DNA of 64,000 nt, taken from positions 375,575 to 439,574 of the forward strand of contig JBFWNU010000002.1 of NCBI GenBank assembly GCA_050250895.1, given 5' to 3'. Both the position numbers and the translations under genes were made by a program. The stretch comes from Vulcanimicrobiota bacterium (GTDB taxonomy: Bacteria; Vulcanimicrobiota; Xenobia; Xenobiales; JADMJV01). Position 1 is the stretch's first letter. Each line of letters begins with the position of its first letter. Shown here in pieces: positions 18,701 through 26,167 of the stretch. Under the pieces are notes generated by a model, which made no database searches, was not told the origin of the DNA, and saw nothing but the letters and a program-made list of their open reading frames with translations.

Positions 18701-19627
18701 AATGGCGAACTCGACAAGATTCGGGGTGCCTTGCGCGACACCCAGGGAGTCGACGTGACCAACTCGCTCACCACTGCCCGAACCGCTTCCACCGGCGCCC
18801 TCGGCTCGTTTGGCCCCAACGTAGGACGCTATCACAACACCAACATCGAGATGGGCACGGTGGCTACCGAGATGAACCTCAACGAGCAGCAACTGACTAC
18901 CCTGCAGAATGCCATCCGCGAAGGCGATAGTCGCCTGGACACCATTGGCCATTACTATGGTATCGAGAATCTCAGCGCCACCCTCTCTCCGCTCCTGCGC
19001 GGAGGCGAGAACCACGGGATCAAGCGCGAGTCGTTCGAGCAGGCCTATCCGGCCATCGCCCGCTTTCTCGGCACCGGCTCGCCCCAGCTGTTCGACTTCT
19101 ACGACCACGGCGGTAAGCTTGGTATCGGCGGACCGTTCCGTGACGGCTCGCGCAAGCTCGGCGGCAAGCGCCTCACCGCCAGCGACAACGCCAACGCCGA
19201 CAAGCTCAACGGCGAGAACGACAACAAGCGCAACACCAACAATAACAACCGCGGCCGCTGTAACGGCAACCGCAAGATGAACAATGATCGCGATGCCGAC
19301 CTGGAAGACATCGTGGCCGCTCAGGCCCGTATGCTCTTGCTGGCGGCCGGCCGCGGACTGCCCAATCGCGGGCGCTCGTTTGTCGACCCCTCGATGGTCT
19401 CGGCCGCCGGAGGCAATCTGGCTCCGCTGGCCTCGAGCTTTCTCTCCAACCTCGAGCGGATGGACGAACTCGGTATCGAGCCCAGCAAAAAGAACGAGTT
19501 GCTCATCCTGGCGGCCACCCCGGTAGCCATCTCGATCCTGATGGCCAACAGCCTGGGAGGACGTCTGGCCGGGCTCGACCTGGAAGGCTTTGGCCGCGAG
19601 GCCGCCTTTCAGCCGTTCGTAGCTTAA
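15734..19627 (+). CDS. Large hypothetical protein with repeated degenerate cytochrome-c-like modules and YGG repeats
   Basis: ORF 15686-19627; GTG 15734 has an AAAGGA SD; internal repeats YVVAGKP..S...WI..GAPSW. Confidence 0.8.
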   Translation: MAQTQPAGNSSSPKTTTTARPPAPSKPSPSPSAGKSDQVSKSPGQHESPSKGAEKVADQWRVEQATQAAADTDDPDLKARAEELKTKKQDPEETRKEAEKLSEEAAAHQVIQRLYDSFPAFMRPVSQVDDNLSSYDALMQAKLKDGTPYVVAGKPDQSGLLTNSHFTGQFKPGEADILKQWIARGAPSWDKQAGPPKPDQKVEHFGIDPKRLEQLKAGKLGDKEKKELAESMKGMLERFKGAAEEAYGGGHPDYFNYDNFADDGYQMLLDGRDASMPPGFDDVPEFWKGLGVNNQDEVDAYKDHLAGVVGLWEKAGKPNWEVKADEPVDKSGLASRVHELISTTWAEHIPEEKRSSYEAFMKAKDSFGAPYVVAGKPEESAFLNYAQMDNSPQRDERVQAVRDWIAAGAPSWETGNNQQNVTPPPAGERTITNFFGAGAAGSDEFRALEAAGQSGQFSQQQKDDLARTMQAFTQFWIGNGAAASHQEYFQHENFTGEGGGLDVLINQGASSAGKMPPNSNLKEALKAAGVDNPDTEAWRAQMAKVASLYKQAGAPDWNQLAPVGDTKPVDPIDQAAPITSEVRDTAMLDYLKGLECDQARNTRFFTLDAVGKNQDGSYSRRAQLNSLTMLLNNMHFNPEAVKLKEVPGSEGQVYALDMRDMIVYDGRNHGRRGYDYGGGYGGQGGFRSWTNGNEWQRVLSEYPYGLTNHTSTQDQICALTGTSQSQVRGDWFTAQAVGNFALDLVMPGVNHTNQLEHIFGIDRRSDFLTGNMMRAGFTQSGVANEHRIVDVHEGKWGSVWWSYDFNDTNFNQNIYANPLGPFQFDHRGDNPYSRFGFQTAASEILLRLPGGGTLAVLSDGNGNFANNAPENIAWNRLGHHGGPTIFSVGSGLVGHSDGMQPIHHKDEMYHLAHQTDALPPIHYGGYGNYGGYGGYGGYGGYGNYGGGYLDAQRQLQRITRPPEDWARIVTEYNLANYEHYQRLGIVSFENGELDKIRGALRDTQGVDVTNSLTTARTASTGALGSFGPNVGRYHNTNIEMGTVATEMNLNEQQLTTLQNAIREGDSRLDTIGHYYGIENLSATLSPLLRGGENHGIKRESFEQAYPAIARFLGTGSPQLFDFYDHGGKLGIGGPFRDGSRKLGGKRLTASDNANADKLNGENDNKRNTNNNNRGRCNGNRKMNNDRDADLEDIVAAQARMLLLAAGRGLPNRGRSFVDPSMVSAAGGNLAPLASSFLSNLERMDELGIEPSKKNELLILAATPVAISILMANSLGGRLAGLDLEGFGREAAFQPFVA

Positions 19628-20028
19628 CCGAGAGCCTTGAAGATGTTGGCGATAGCCGGGTTCTTCAACAACTGCGGCAGCGGGCCCTCATGGGCCGGGG
19701 GCGGGGTGGGCAAGGCAAACAGCAGCAGCGCGCCGCTACAGGCCATGGCTCCTCCGCCCACCAGGGCCAGGGTGGCCTGGCTGTCCATCGGCTCGCGTCC
19801 GATGCGATAGGCGTGCATCCCCGAGCCCACGGCGAAGGCTCCCATGCCGGCCGCGGTCAGCAGCGAGTTGTGGGTCAACCCTCCCACCAGGCTGACCGCC
19901 CCGCCGGCTAGCGACAGCACGGTGGCTACCGTGCTCGAGTCTTGCTCGGCCGCCGGCGCTGGTGGTGGCGTGGGGCTGGCTGCCCTGGCCGGCGTGGTGG
20001 TGCGTGTGGGTAGCGCGGTAATCCTCAT
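19624..20028 (-). CDS. Small membrane protein with Pro/Thr-rich leader
   Basis: GGAGG SD; three Gly/Ala-rich hydrophobic segments. Confidence 0.72.
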   Translation of the reverse strand: MRITALPTRTTTPARAASPTPPPAPAAEQDSSTVATVLSLAGGAVSLVGGLTHNSLLTAAGMGAFAVGSGMHAYRIGREPMDSQATLALVGGGAMACSGALLLFALPTPPPAHEGPLPQLLKNPAIANIFKALG

Positions 20029-20080
20029 AAACCCTCCGATAGCAGGCTAAGGGAGTGGCCTTAAACTATCATCAAAGGGG

Positions 20081-20762
20081 CGACGGCTGCGCCGTCGAGA
20101 GGGGAGCCGCGACGGCTGCGCCGTCGAGAGGGGAGCTGCTTCGCAGAGAGGGGAGCGGAGCAGAGCTCCGGGATGGGAGCGAGTTGAGCTGTCGCTCAAC
20201 TCGAGGTTTTGGGGTAGTCGACGCTTCGCGTCGTTAATCATTGGGCGGCTTCGCCGCCGGGTCGAGGGGGCGGAGGGCAACCGGGCTTTCGCCCGGAGAG
20301 GGGAGCTGCTTCGCAGAGAGTGGAGCTGCTTCGCAGAGATGGGAGCGGAGCAGAGCTCCGGGATGGGAGCGAGTTGAGCTGTCGCTCAACTCGAGGTTTT
20401 GGGGTAGTCGACGCTTCGCGTCGTTCATCATTTGGCGGCTTCGCCGCCGGGTCGAGGGGGGCGGGGGCAGCCGCGACCGCTGCGCCGTCGAGAGGGGAGC
20501 CGGGCTGCGCCCGGAGAGGGGAGCTGCTTCGCAGAGATGGGAGCGGAGCAGAGCTCCGGGATGGGAGCGAACGACGGCTGCGCCGCCGACGAGGGGAGCC
20601 GGGCTGCGCCCGGAGAGGGGAGCTGCTTCGCAGAGAGGGGAGCGGAGCAGAGCTCCGGGATGGGAGCGAGTTGAGCTGTCGCTCAACTCGAGGTTTTGGG
20701 GTAGTCGACGCTTCGCGTCGTTCATCCATGGGCGGCTTCGCCGCCGGGTCGAGGGGGCGGGG
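20081..20762. repeat. Array of GC-rich triloop mini-hairpins joined by RGAKGGGAG linkers; ~140-bp higher-order unit x3
   Basis: CGACGGC-TGC-GCCGTCG, CTGC-TTC-GCAG, CGGAGC-AGA-GCTCCG, CGAGTTGAGC-TGTC-GCTCAACTCG, CGACGC-TTC-GCGTCG, GGCGGC-TTC-GCCGCC; units at about 20133, 20323, 20620. Confidence 0.92.
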
Positions 20763-20786
20763 GGTCTCGGTCGCGAACTGGTTGCG

Positions 20787-21218
20787 ATGAGCATCTCGCC
20801 CAAGGAGTTCGAGAATGTGTCAGCTCTGTCTGGCGTCGGCCGGTTCAGCCACTTCGTGAAGCGGGTGGCGGATTGGGAAGAGCTATGGAGCTTGCGGTCG
20901 CCTGACGGCTGGGTGTTGCGGGGCGACGAGGGGGGTGGGGAATACGTGCCGGTCTGGCCTCGGGCCGAGTATGCGCTGGCCTGTGCCACCGACATCTGGG
21001 CCGACTGCGCCCCCGCCCCGATTGCGCTCGATGAGTGGTTTGCGAAGTGGACTCCGGGCATGGCCAAAGATGGGCGCCGGGTCGAGGTTTTCCCCACTCC
21101 GTTCGCTTCTGGGCTCGTGCTGGCCCCCGAGGAACTGGCTCAGGCTCTGCGCGAGGAGTGCGCCAGGTATGGCGACTACGACGACTGCGATGGAGGCCCC
21201 GGTGGAACCGGTCCCTGA
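20787..21218 (+). CDS. DUF2750 domain protein
   Basis: R..HFVKRVADWEELWSL...GW, PVWP..EYA, W...P..I.LDEW pattern. Confidence 0.8.
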   Translation: MSISPKEFENVSALSGVGRFSHFVKRVADWEELWSLRSPDGWVLRGDEGGGEYVPVWPRAEYALACATDIWADCAPAPIALDEWFAKWTPGMAKDGRRVEVFPTPFASGLVLAPEELAQALREECARYGDYDDCDGGPGGTGP

Positions 21219-21228
21219 CGTCACGAGT

Positions 21229-21732
21229 ATGGCCAAGAGCTTGCAGGAGCTAGAAGAATTGGACTGGGGCGAGCCGACCTATAACTCGGCGGTGGACGGA
21301 CGAGCCTATAGCTTGCGGAGGCTGCCGCTGGAACGGTTGAGCATCGACGACATCCGCTTTCTGGTGAGTCACGAAATCGGGCTTAAGTGGGTCTTGCCGC
21401 TTGCCCTCGAAAGGCTGCTGGTGGAGCCGCTGTGTGAAGCGAGCTATTACGCGGGGGATCTTCTCAAGAGTGTGATCCGCCTGGACCGGGTTCACTTCAC
21501 CCCGTCTGGAGACGAGATTTCGAAGCTTCGTGAGGCGCTTGGACCGATCCAGCCGAGTGAGCTTAAGAGGCTCGAGTGTCCGGCCGATGTCGTCGAGACG
21601 ATCGCTTTGTTCCTCGAGGACGGTCTTACGGCCACCTTCGAGCGGCCCCCCACATCTCGCGAGACATACGAGCGCTGGGTGACCCATATGCGATGGCACG
21701 CAAAGCACAAGCTGCCCCGTAGGCCGGGGTAG
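21229..21732 (+). CDS. Orphan CDI-type immunity protein (CdiI_3-like)
   Basis: KSLQELE..DWGEP, LRR.PL..L..DD.R.L....IGL...LPLALE.L...PL.EA.YY.GDLL pattern. Confidence 0.78.
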   Translation: MAKSLQELEELDWGEPTYNSAVDGRAYSLRRLPLERLSIDDIRFLVSHEIGLKWVLPLALERLLVEPLCEASYYAGDLLKSVIRLDRVHFTPSGDEISKLREALGPIQPSELKRLECPADVVETIALFLEDGLTATFERPPTSRETYERWVTHMRWHAKHKLPRRPG

Positions 21733-21949
21733 ACGATGCGGCGAAGCGTTCCGCTATGAGCTCGACGGGCAGGCGAGTTCGACCACTACACGGTAGTTCT
21801 GTCGGGCAGCCGCCTCGCTCACGAAGGCGTCTTTCGCACCGACGCCGATAGCTTGGAGCATTGCCTTGCCCACGCCTTCGGCCACTACGCCCGCCTCGGC
21901 TGGCCTCCCCGGCCTCGACCGCTTTCAAATCGGCTTTACCTAGACTCCT

Positions 21950-22025
21950 CGGCCGAAGGCCGCTCCCTGTCGCCGCAGGCGAGCGCTCGGCGGAGCTCCT
22001 TTCCAGCGGCGTAGCCGCTGTCCCC
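21950..22025 (+). repeat. GNA-triloop hairpin chain, inverted relative to 20081-20762
   Basis: CGGCC-GAA-GGCCG, CTCCCTG linker, TCGCC-GCA-GGCGA, CAGCGGC-GTA-GCCGCTG. Confidence 0.65.
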
Positions 22026-22089
22026 ACTTTTTTACACTTTATTAACGTTGGCCCCGTAGTCTAGGCTCATCAAACCTGGAGGCAAACCA

Positions 22090-22623
22090 ATGTTAGCAGC
22101 TCTCAATACCGGTAAAGCAGCCAATGCGATGCGCGCCCTGGCGGTGCTCGGCACCGTGGCCGCGGCCGCCACTCCGGCGATGGCCGATGGGCCGGCTCGC
22201 ATCCCGGCCGAGAGCTACACGCGCGCCGAGTTTGCCTCCGATTACCACACCGACGAAACGCTGGCCGAAGCGCAGATGAGCGTGGCTCGCATCCGGGCCG
22301 AGGTGGCCGAAGCCCGTCAGCACAGCGGAACCGACAGTATCGCGGTGGTCAATCAGGCTCCTCAGCAGCCGATCAAGCCCCAGGGCGAGAGCTTCACTCT
22401 TCCCTCGCCGAAAGGCTACGTGGTCAGCGTCGGCGAGAACGGCGGTCACGACTTCACCAGTTGGAATTGTCAGTCGGCCGGGCCCAGCTGGAGCTGCGAT
22501 ATCGACAGCTACACTCTCCATCCTGACGGTCACGAAAGCTTCAAGAGCAGCGACCAGTTCGGCACTCTGTGGGTCGATCAGTTCCCCGACCGGGTCGACG
22601 TTCGGGCATCTTACCTCGAGTAG
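22090..22623 (+). CDS. Hypothetical protein with signal-peptide-like segment
   Basis: GGAGG SD; hydrophobic stretch ending AMA-D. Confidence 0.72.
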   Translation: MLAALNTGKAANAMRALAVLGTVAAAATPAMADGPARIPAESYTRAEFASDYHTDETLAEAQMSVARIRAEVAEARQHSGTDSIAVVNQAPQQPIKPQGESFTLPSPKGYVVSVGENGGHDFTSWNCQSAGPSWSCDIDSYTLHPDGHESFKSSDQFGTLWVDQFPDRVDVRASYLE

Positions 22624-22679
22624 CCCGATGTTCATCCCCATTTCACATCTGGGCGCTACCGGCAGGGCAAAATCGGGTC

Positions 22680-23399
22680 ATGATTTCCGGAATGAGGTCC
22701 TGGTGGTCTTCTAACGTCAACCCTCAGGGCAATGACTTTCAATCCAAAGCCGCTCCCAAGGCGGCTGTCTACGGCGGAGCGATCGGTGCCGCTCTGGGAG
22801 CTGGTTACGGCGCCTATAACGTCAGCCAGGACAAGCCCTACTGGGCCACCGTCACCGACTGGGTCCCCAAAGGGGAATTGGGCCCTAACCCCGACCAGAT
22901 CTTCGGCCCTCACACCGAGGCGTTGCTGCGCGAGGTGAAAGGTCGCTCCTCAGGGGCCGGCTCGGCGGATTCGACGATGCGCTACATGGCTTACGTCTCG
23001 AGCCACAGCCAGATCAGCCCCGAGTCGATGGCCAGCCTCTACAATACCCTCGAGAACCACTTCTCTGACGACGCCCAGGTTCGCTCGGCTCTTAACCTGG
23101 TGGCGGCCTATGTCGAGAAACATCCGGATCAGAAACCTTTCCAGGCAGCAGCGCTGTTGCTCAACGAAGCCAACGGTCGCAGCTTCGCCTCGGCCTCACA
23201 GTCGTTCCAGCAACGCTACGGACTGACCCAGCAGGACCTCGAGCAAGCAACCGAGCGTCAGGAACTGCGCCACACCGCTATGCTCGGCCGCTTCGGCTAT
23301 GCTGGCGGTATCGCCATCGGTGCCGCCGGTGGCGCCGCCATCGGTATCGGAGTCGGGGTCGCCTTCACCGCCCTGGCCCGAGTGGCCACCTCCGAGTAG
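22680..23399 (+). CDS. Hypothetical protein with N- and C-terminal glycine-zipper TM segments
   Basis: GGAIGAALGAGYG and GGIAIGAAGGAAIGIGVG segments. Confidence 0.72.
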   Translation: MISGMRSWWSSNVNPQGNDFQSKAAPKAAVYGGAIGAALGAGYGAYNVSQDKPYWATVTDWVPKGELGPNPDQIFGPHTEALLREVKGRSSGAGSADSTMRYMAYVSSHSQISPESMASLYNTLENHFSDDAQVRSALNLVAAYVEKHPDQKPFQAAALLLNEANGRSFASASQSFQQRYGLTQQDLEQATERQELRHTAMLGRFGYAGGIAIGAAGGAAIGIGVGVAFTALARVATSE

Positions 23400-23401
23400 T
23401 C

Positions 23402-23817
23402 AACTTCCGCCCGGAAGTTCCCGCTCCGACCTTTCGCGGGAGCACGGCCGCCTGGGCGGGTTTGCCGGGTTTGCTCCGAGTTTTTGTGGGAGCATGCTCC
23501 GACCTTTCGCGGGAGCACGACCACCTCGGCGGGTGGGCGGGTTTTGCTCCGAGTTTTTGTGGGAGCATGCTCCGACTTTTCGCGGGAGCACTGGCCGTGG
23601 CCCGGCGAGCGTCGGCTGGCTCCGGGGTTTTGTGGGAGCGTGCTCCGGCTTTTCGCGGGAACCAAGGCTGTGGCCCGGATTGCTCCGGCTTTTTCGCGGG
23701 AGCACTGGCCGTGGCCCGGCAAGCGTCGGCTGGCTCCGGGGTTTTGTGGGAGCGTGCTCCGGGATTTCGCTGGAACCAAGGCTGTGGCCCGGATTGCTCC
23801 GGCTTTTCGCGGGAGCA
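23402..23817. repeat. BIME/REP-like array of eleven 23-24 nt palindromes TGCTCC-N11/12-GGAGCA
   Basis: Copies from 23422 to 23817 with periods 73 then 113-114 bp; preceded by AACTTCC-GCCC-GGAAGTT. Confidence 0.9.
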
Positions 23818-23915
23818 CTGGCCGTGCCCGGCGAGCGGTCTTCCGCAAAAATTAACATCCCTGACAAACCACGGGCGATTGATGCGGATAGGATGAGAGT
23901 CCACAGGAGGAAGAC

Positions 23916-25196
23916 TTGCAGGTTCGTGGACTCACAGGTCAGGTCACCAGGCAGCCCCACAGGGCCAGCTTCGCTCTGCCCGAGTCGAACCAGCAGTCCG
24001 ATACCGTCAGGCTGATTTTGCAGTCGGACCACCAGACCGATCTAGACCGTTTGCGGGCCGGGTTCTTCAATGTCAGCGCCAGTCGCAATCGCATTCACGC
24101 CGAGCTTCCCATCGTGCACGGGCTGGCGGTCGAGGTCGCCACCCGCAACATGGCTCAGCTGCTCGACGAGATCGGTCAGTGCCAGAATGTGCGCGCCAGC
24201 TTTGATGCACCCGTAACCATCCCCGTCATCGACGAGCCCGATCCGGCGGTGGAACTGGATATCGGGGTGCCGGTGACCCGGGCTCCCGAGCTGTGGCAGC
24301 GCGGCCTGACGGGTAAGGGCGTCAACATCGCCGTGCTCGACACGGGCATCGCTCCCCACACCGATGTCAAGAGCCGGGTGGTGGCTTTTCACGATGTGCT
24401 TCACGGTCAGACCGAGATGTACGACGACAACGGCCACGGCACGCATGTTAGCGGTATTGCCGCCGGTGACGGCACGGCCTCGCAGCATTTGTTCAAAGGG
24501 GCGGCCCCCGAGGCCGGTCTGGTGGGGATCAAGGTGCTCGACGAGAAGGGTGAGGGCCGTTTCTCGGATATCATCAAGGGCGTGCAGTGGGCGGTCGAGA
24601 ACAAAGACCGCTTGAATATCAAGGTTCTCAACCTTTCGCTCGGGGGTACGGCCAGCACGCCCTATGCTGACGACCCTCTGGCCCAGGCCCTCGAGGCGGC
24701 CTGGCAAGCCGGGCTCTTTCCGGTGGTGGCGGCGGGCAACGAGGGCCCGTTCACCCGCACCATCACGACACCCGGTCACGCCCTCAACGTCTTGACGGTG
24801 GGAGCTTCTGATGATAGAGGCACCGCCGATATTAGCGATGACAAGGTTGGCAGTTTCTCGAGCCGCGGGCCGACTCGTCCCGATGGGCTGACAAAGCCCG
24901 ACATCGTCGCCCCGGGAGTGCGGATCACTTCGGCCGATGCCTTTAGCGACGGCTATTCGACCAAGTCCGGCACCTCGATGTCGACTCCCATGCTCGCAGG
25001 CATTGCGGCTTTGTTGCTGCAGGCCAACCCGCAGGCTACGCCCGAACAGCTCAAGAGCGCGCTGAAGGACAGCGCCCGCCATCTGGCCCAGGGGGGAGAG
25101 CCCACCGTGCAGGGGTCAGGGTTGGTGGATGCGGTGGCAGCCCTCGACCGGCTTACTCAACCGCTTGTTTTAGCAGGTTCTGCCACACCCCGGTAA
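23916..25196 (+). CDS. S8 subtilisin-family serine peptidase (AprX-like)
   Basis: VLDTG, HGTHVSG, AAGNEG, SGTSMSTP catalytic motifs; AGGAGG SD, TTG start. Confidence 0.93.
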   Translation: MQVRGLTGQVTRQPHRASFALPESNQQSDTVRLILQSDHQTDLDRLRAGFFNVSASRNRIHAELPIVHGLAVEVATRNMAQLLDEIGQCQNVRASFDAPVTIPVIDEPDPAVELDIGVPVTRAPELWQRGLTGKGVNIAVLDTGIAPHTDVKSRVVAFHDVLHGQTEMYDDNGHGTHVSGIAAGDGTASQHLFKGAAPEAGLVGIKVLDEKGEGRFSDIIKGVQWAVENKDRLNIKVLNLSLGGTASTPYADDPLAQALEAAWQAGLFPVVAAGNEGPFTRTITTPGHALNVLTVGASDDRGTADISDDKVGSFSSRGPTRPDGLTKPDIVAPGVRITSADAFSDGYSTKSGTSMSTPMLAGIAALLLQANPQATPEQLKSALKDSARHLAQGGEPTVQGSGLVDAVAALDRLTQPLVLAGSATPR

Positions 25197-26127
25197 AGAT
25201 CGGCGAGATGACCGACATGTGAGGGTCTCTCACGGGCTCGTCGCTGATGACCACCGGCCCGCTGGCTGAGGCCGGGGCGGCCGGGTCTTCCCGCAGGATG
25301 CGGGCGATGTTGAGCTGACTTTCACTGCCAAAGAAGTCATCGCGATGCAGTAGCGACAGGAAACGTTCGGGAGGAGTGGCTCCGGGGGCGCTCACCCACG
25401 AGGCGGGGCCCGCCTCGGTCGTGTCCTGGGGGCCGGCCAGCATGATGACGGCCTGGAGCGGGTGGCGTTTGGCCAGATAGGCGGCGTGACCCGAGCCCTG
25501 CGAGTGGCCCACCACGACGATCTTGTTCCAGACTGGCCCGTTGTGGCTGTAGAACTGGCCAAAATGCTCGGGGTCGTGTTTGGCCTGGTAAGCCAGCAGG
25601 GCCTCGAGTCGGTGTTCGATGGAATTGTCGGGGCTGACCTCGACCAGTTGGCTCACCGGCTGACCGGTGGCGATCTCCTGGCGAAAGAGGGTGCAGGGGT
25701 CGGGCTCGGGGCTGGTTTTGCACGAGGTGGTAATGACGGTGTTGGGATAGTCCAGGGCCAGGGCCGCGAAACCTTGCTCGGCTGCCACCGTGTCAAAGGC
25801 GCTGAAGTCACTCGGAAGGCTGTTGGTACCACCCAGGCTGAGCAGAAGAAAGCCGTTGGGAGTGGTCTGAGGAAGATAGGCCAGGTGCGGACCGCGGGCC
25901 TGGGTGATGGCCGGGTCGGTGGCCTGGGGCGCGATTTCGGTGACGGGCGCACAGGCCTGAGTGGCCGTGCAGCTCGCCAGCAATCCGGCCCCGGCCAGCG
26001 CCACACCCCACGGATTGAAGCTTTGAGCGGATGGGGGAGAGGCGTCAAACCGATCGCCGGGCAGTTCGGGGACGCTGCCGGCTGAGCGAGCCTTGACGAT
26101 GGGTAGGGATACCGGTCCGATCTTCAC
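25153..26127 (-). CDS. Alpha/beta hydrolase (BPSS1187-like)
   Basis: LGGT, LDYPN, NSIE.RL..LL.Y, W.KIVVVGHSQGSGHAA, GPQD, PH. Confidence 0.78.
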   Translation of the reverse strand: MKIGPVSLPIVKARSAGSVPELPGDRFDASPPSAQSFNPWGVALAGAGLLASCTATQACAPVTEIAPQATDPAITQARGPHLAYLPQTTPNGFLLLSLGGTNSLPSDFSAFDTVAAEQGFAALALDYPNTVITTSCKTSPEPDPCTLFRQEIATGQPVSQLVEVSPDNSIEHRLEALLAYQAKHDPEHFGQFYSHNGPVWNKIVVVGHSQGSGHAAYLAKRHPLQAVIMLAGPQDTTEAGPASWVSAPGATPPERFLSLLHRDDFFGSESQLNIARILREDPAAPASASGPVVISDEPVRDPHMSVISPIFTGVWQNLLKQAVE

Positions 26128-26167
26128 TCTTGGAGTCTAGCCGAAAGCCCTGAAAAACATGCGAATT

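Noticed and set aside
15875-19108. Long antisense ORFs (511 and 495 aa) opposite the large protein; similar ones opposite the peroxidase, pilin and gltB genes
   Set aside because: Expected shadow frames from strong GC3 codon bias; no motifs.
20047-20790. Several overlapping ORFs across the hairpin array, including the N-terminal extension of the 20241 ORF
   Set aside because: Products are low-complexity translations of repeats in all frames; the recognisable DUF2750 domain starts at ATG 20787.
23422-23817. CRISPR array
   Set aside because: Repeats abut as doublets, are degenerate, spacers are duplicated and of two lengths, and no cas genes are in the window.
23297-24032. ORFs over the 23.4-23.8 kb repeat
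   Set aside because: Repeat-derived, stop-poor GC-rich sequence with no coherent protein.
25153-25196. Convergent 3' overlaps (here 44 nt; 54 nt at 3564-3617) as antisense regulation
   Set aside because: Short convergent overlaps are common in compact GC-rich genomes; no further support.
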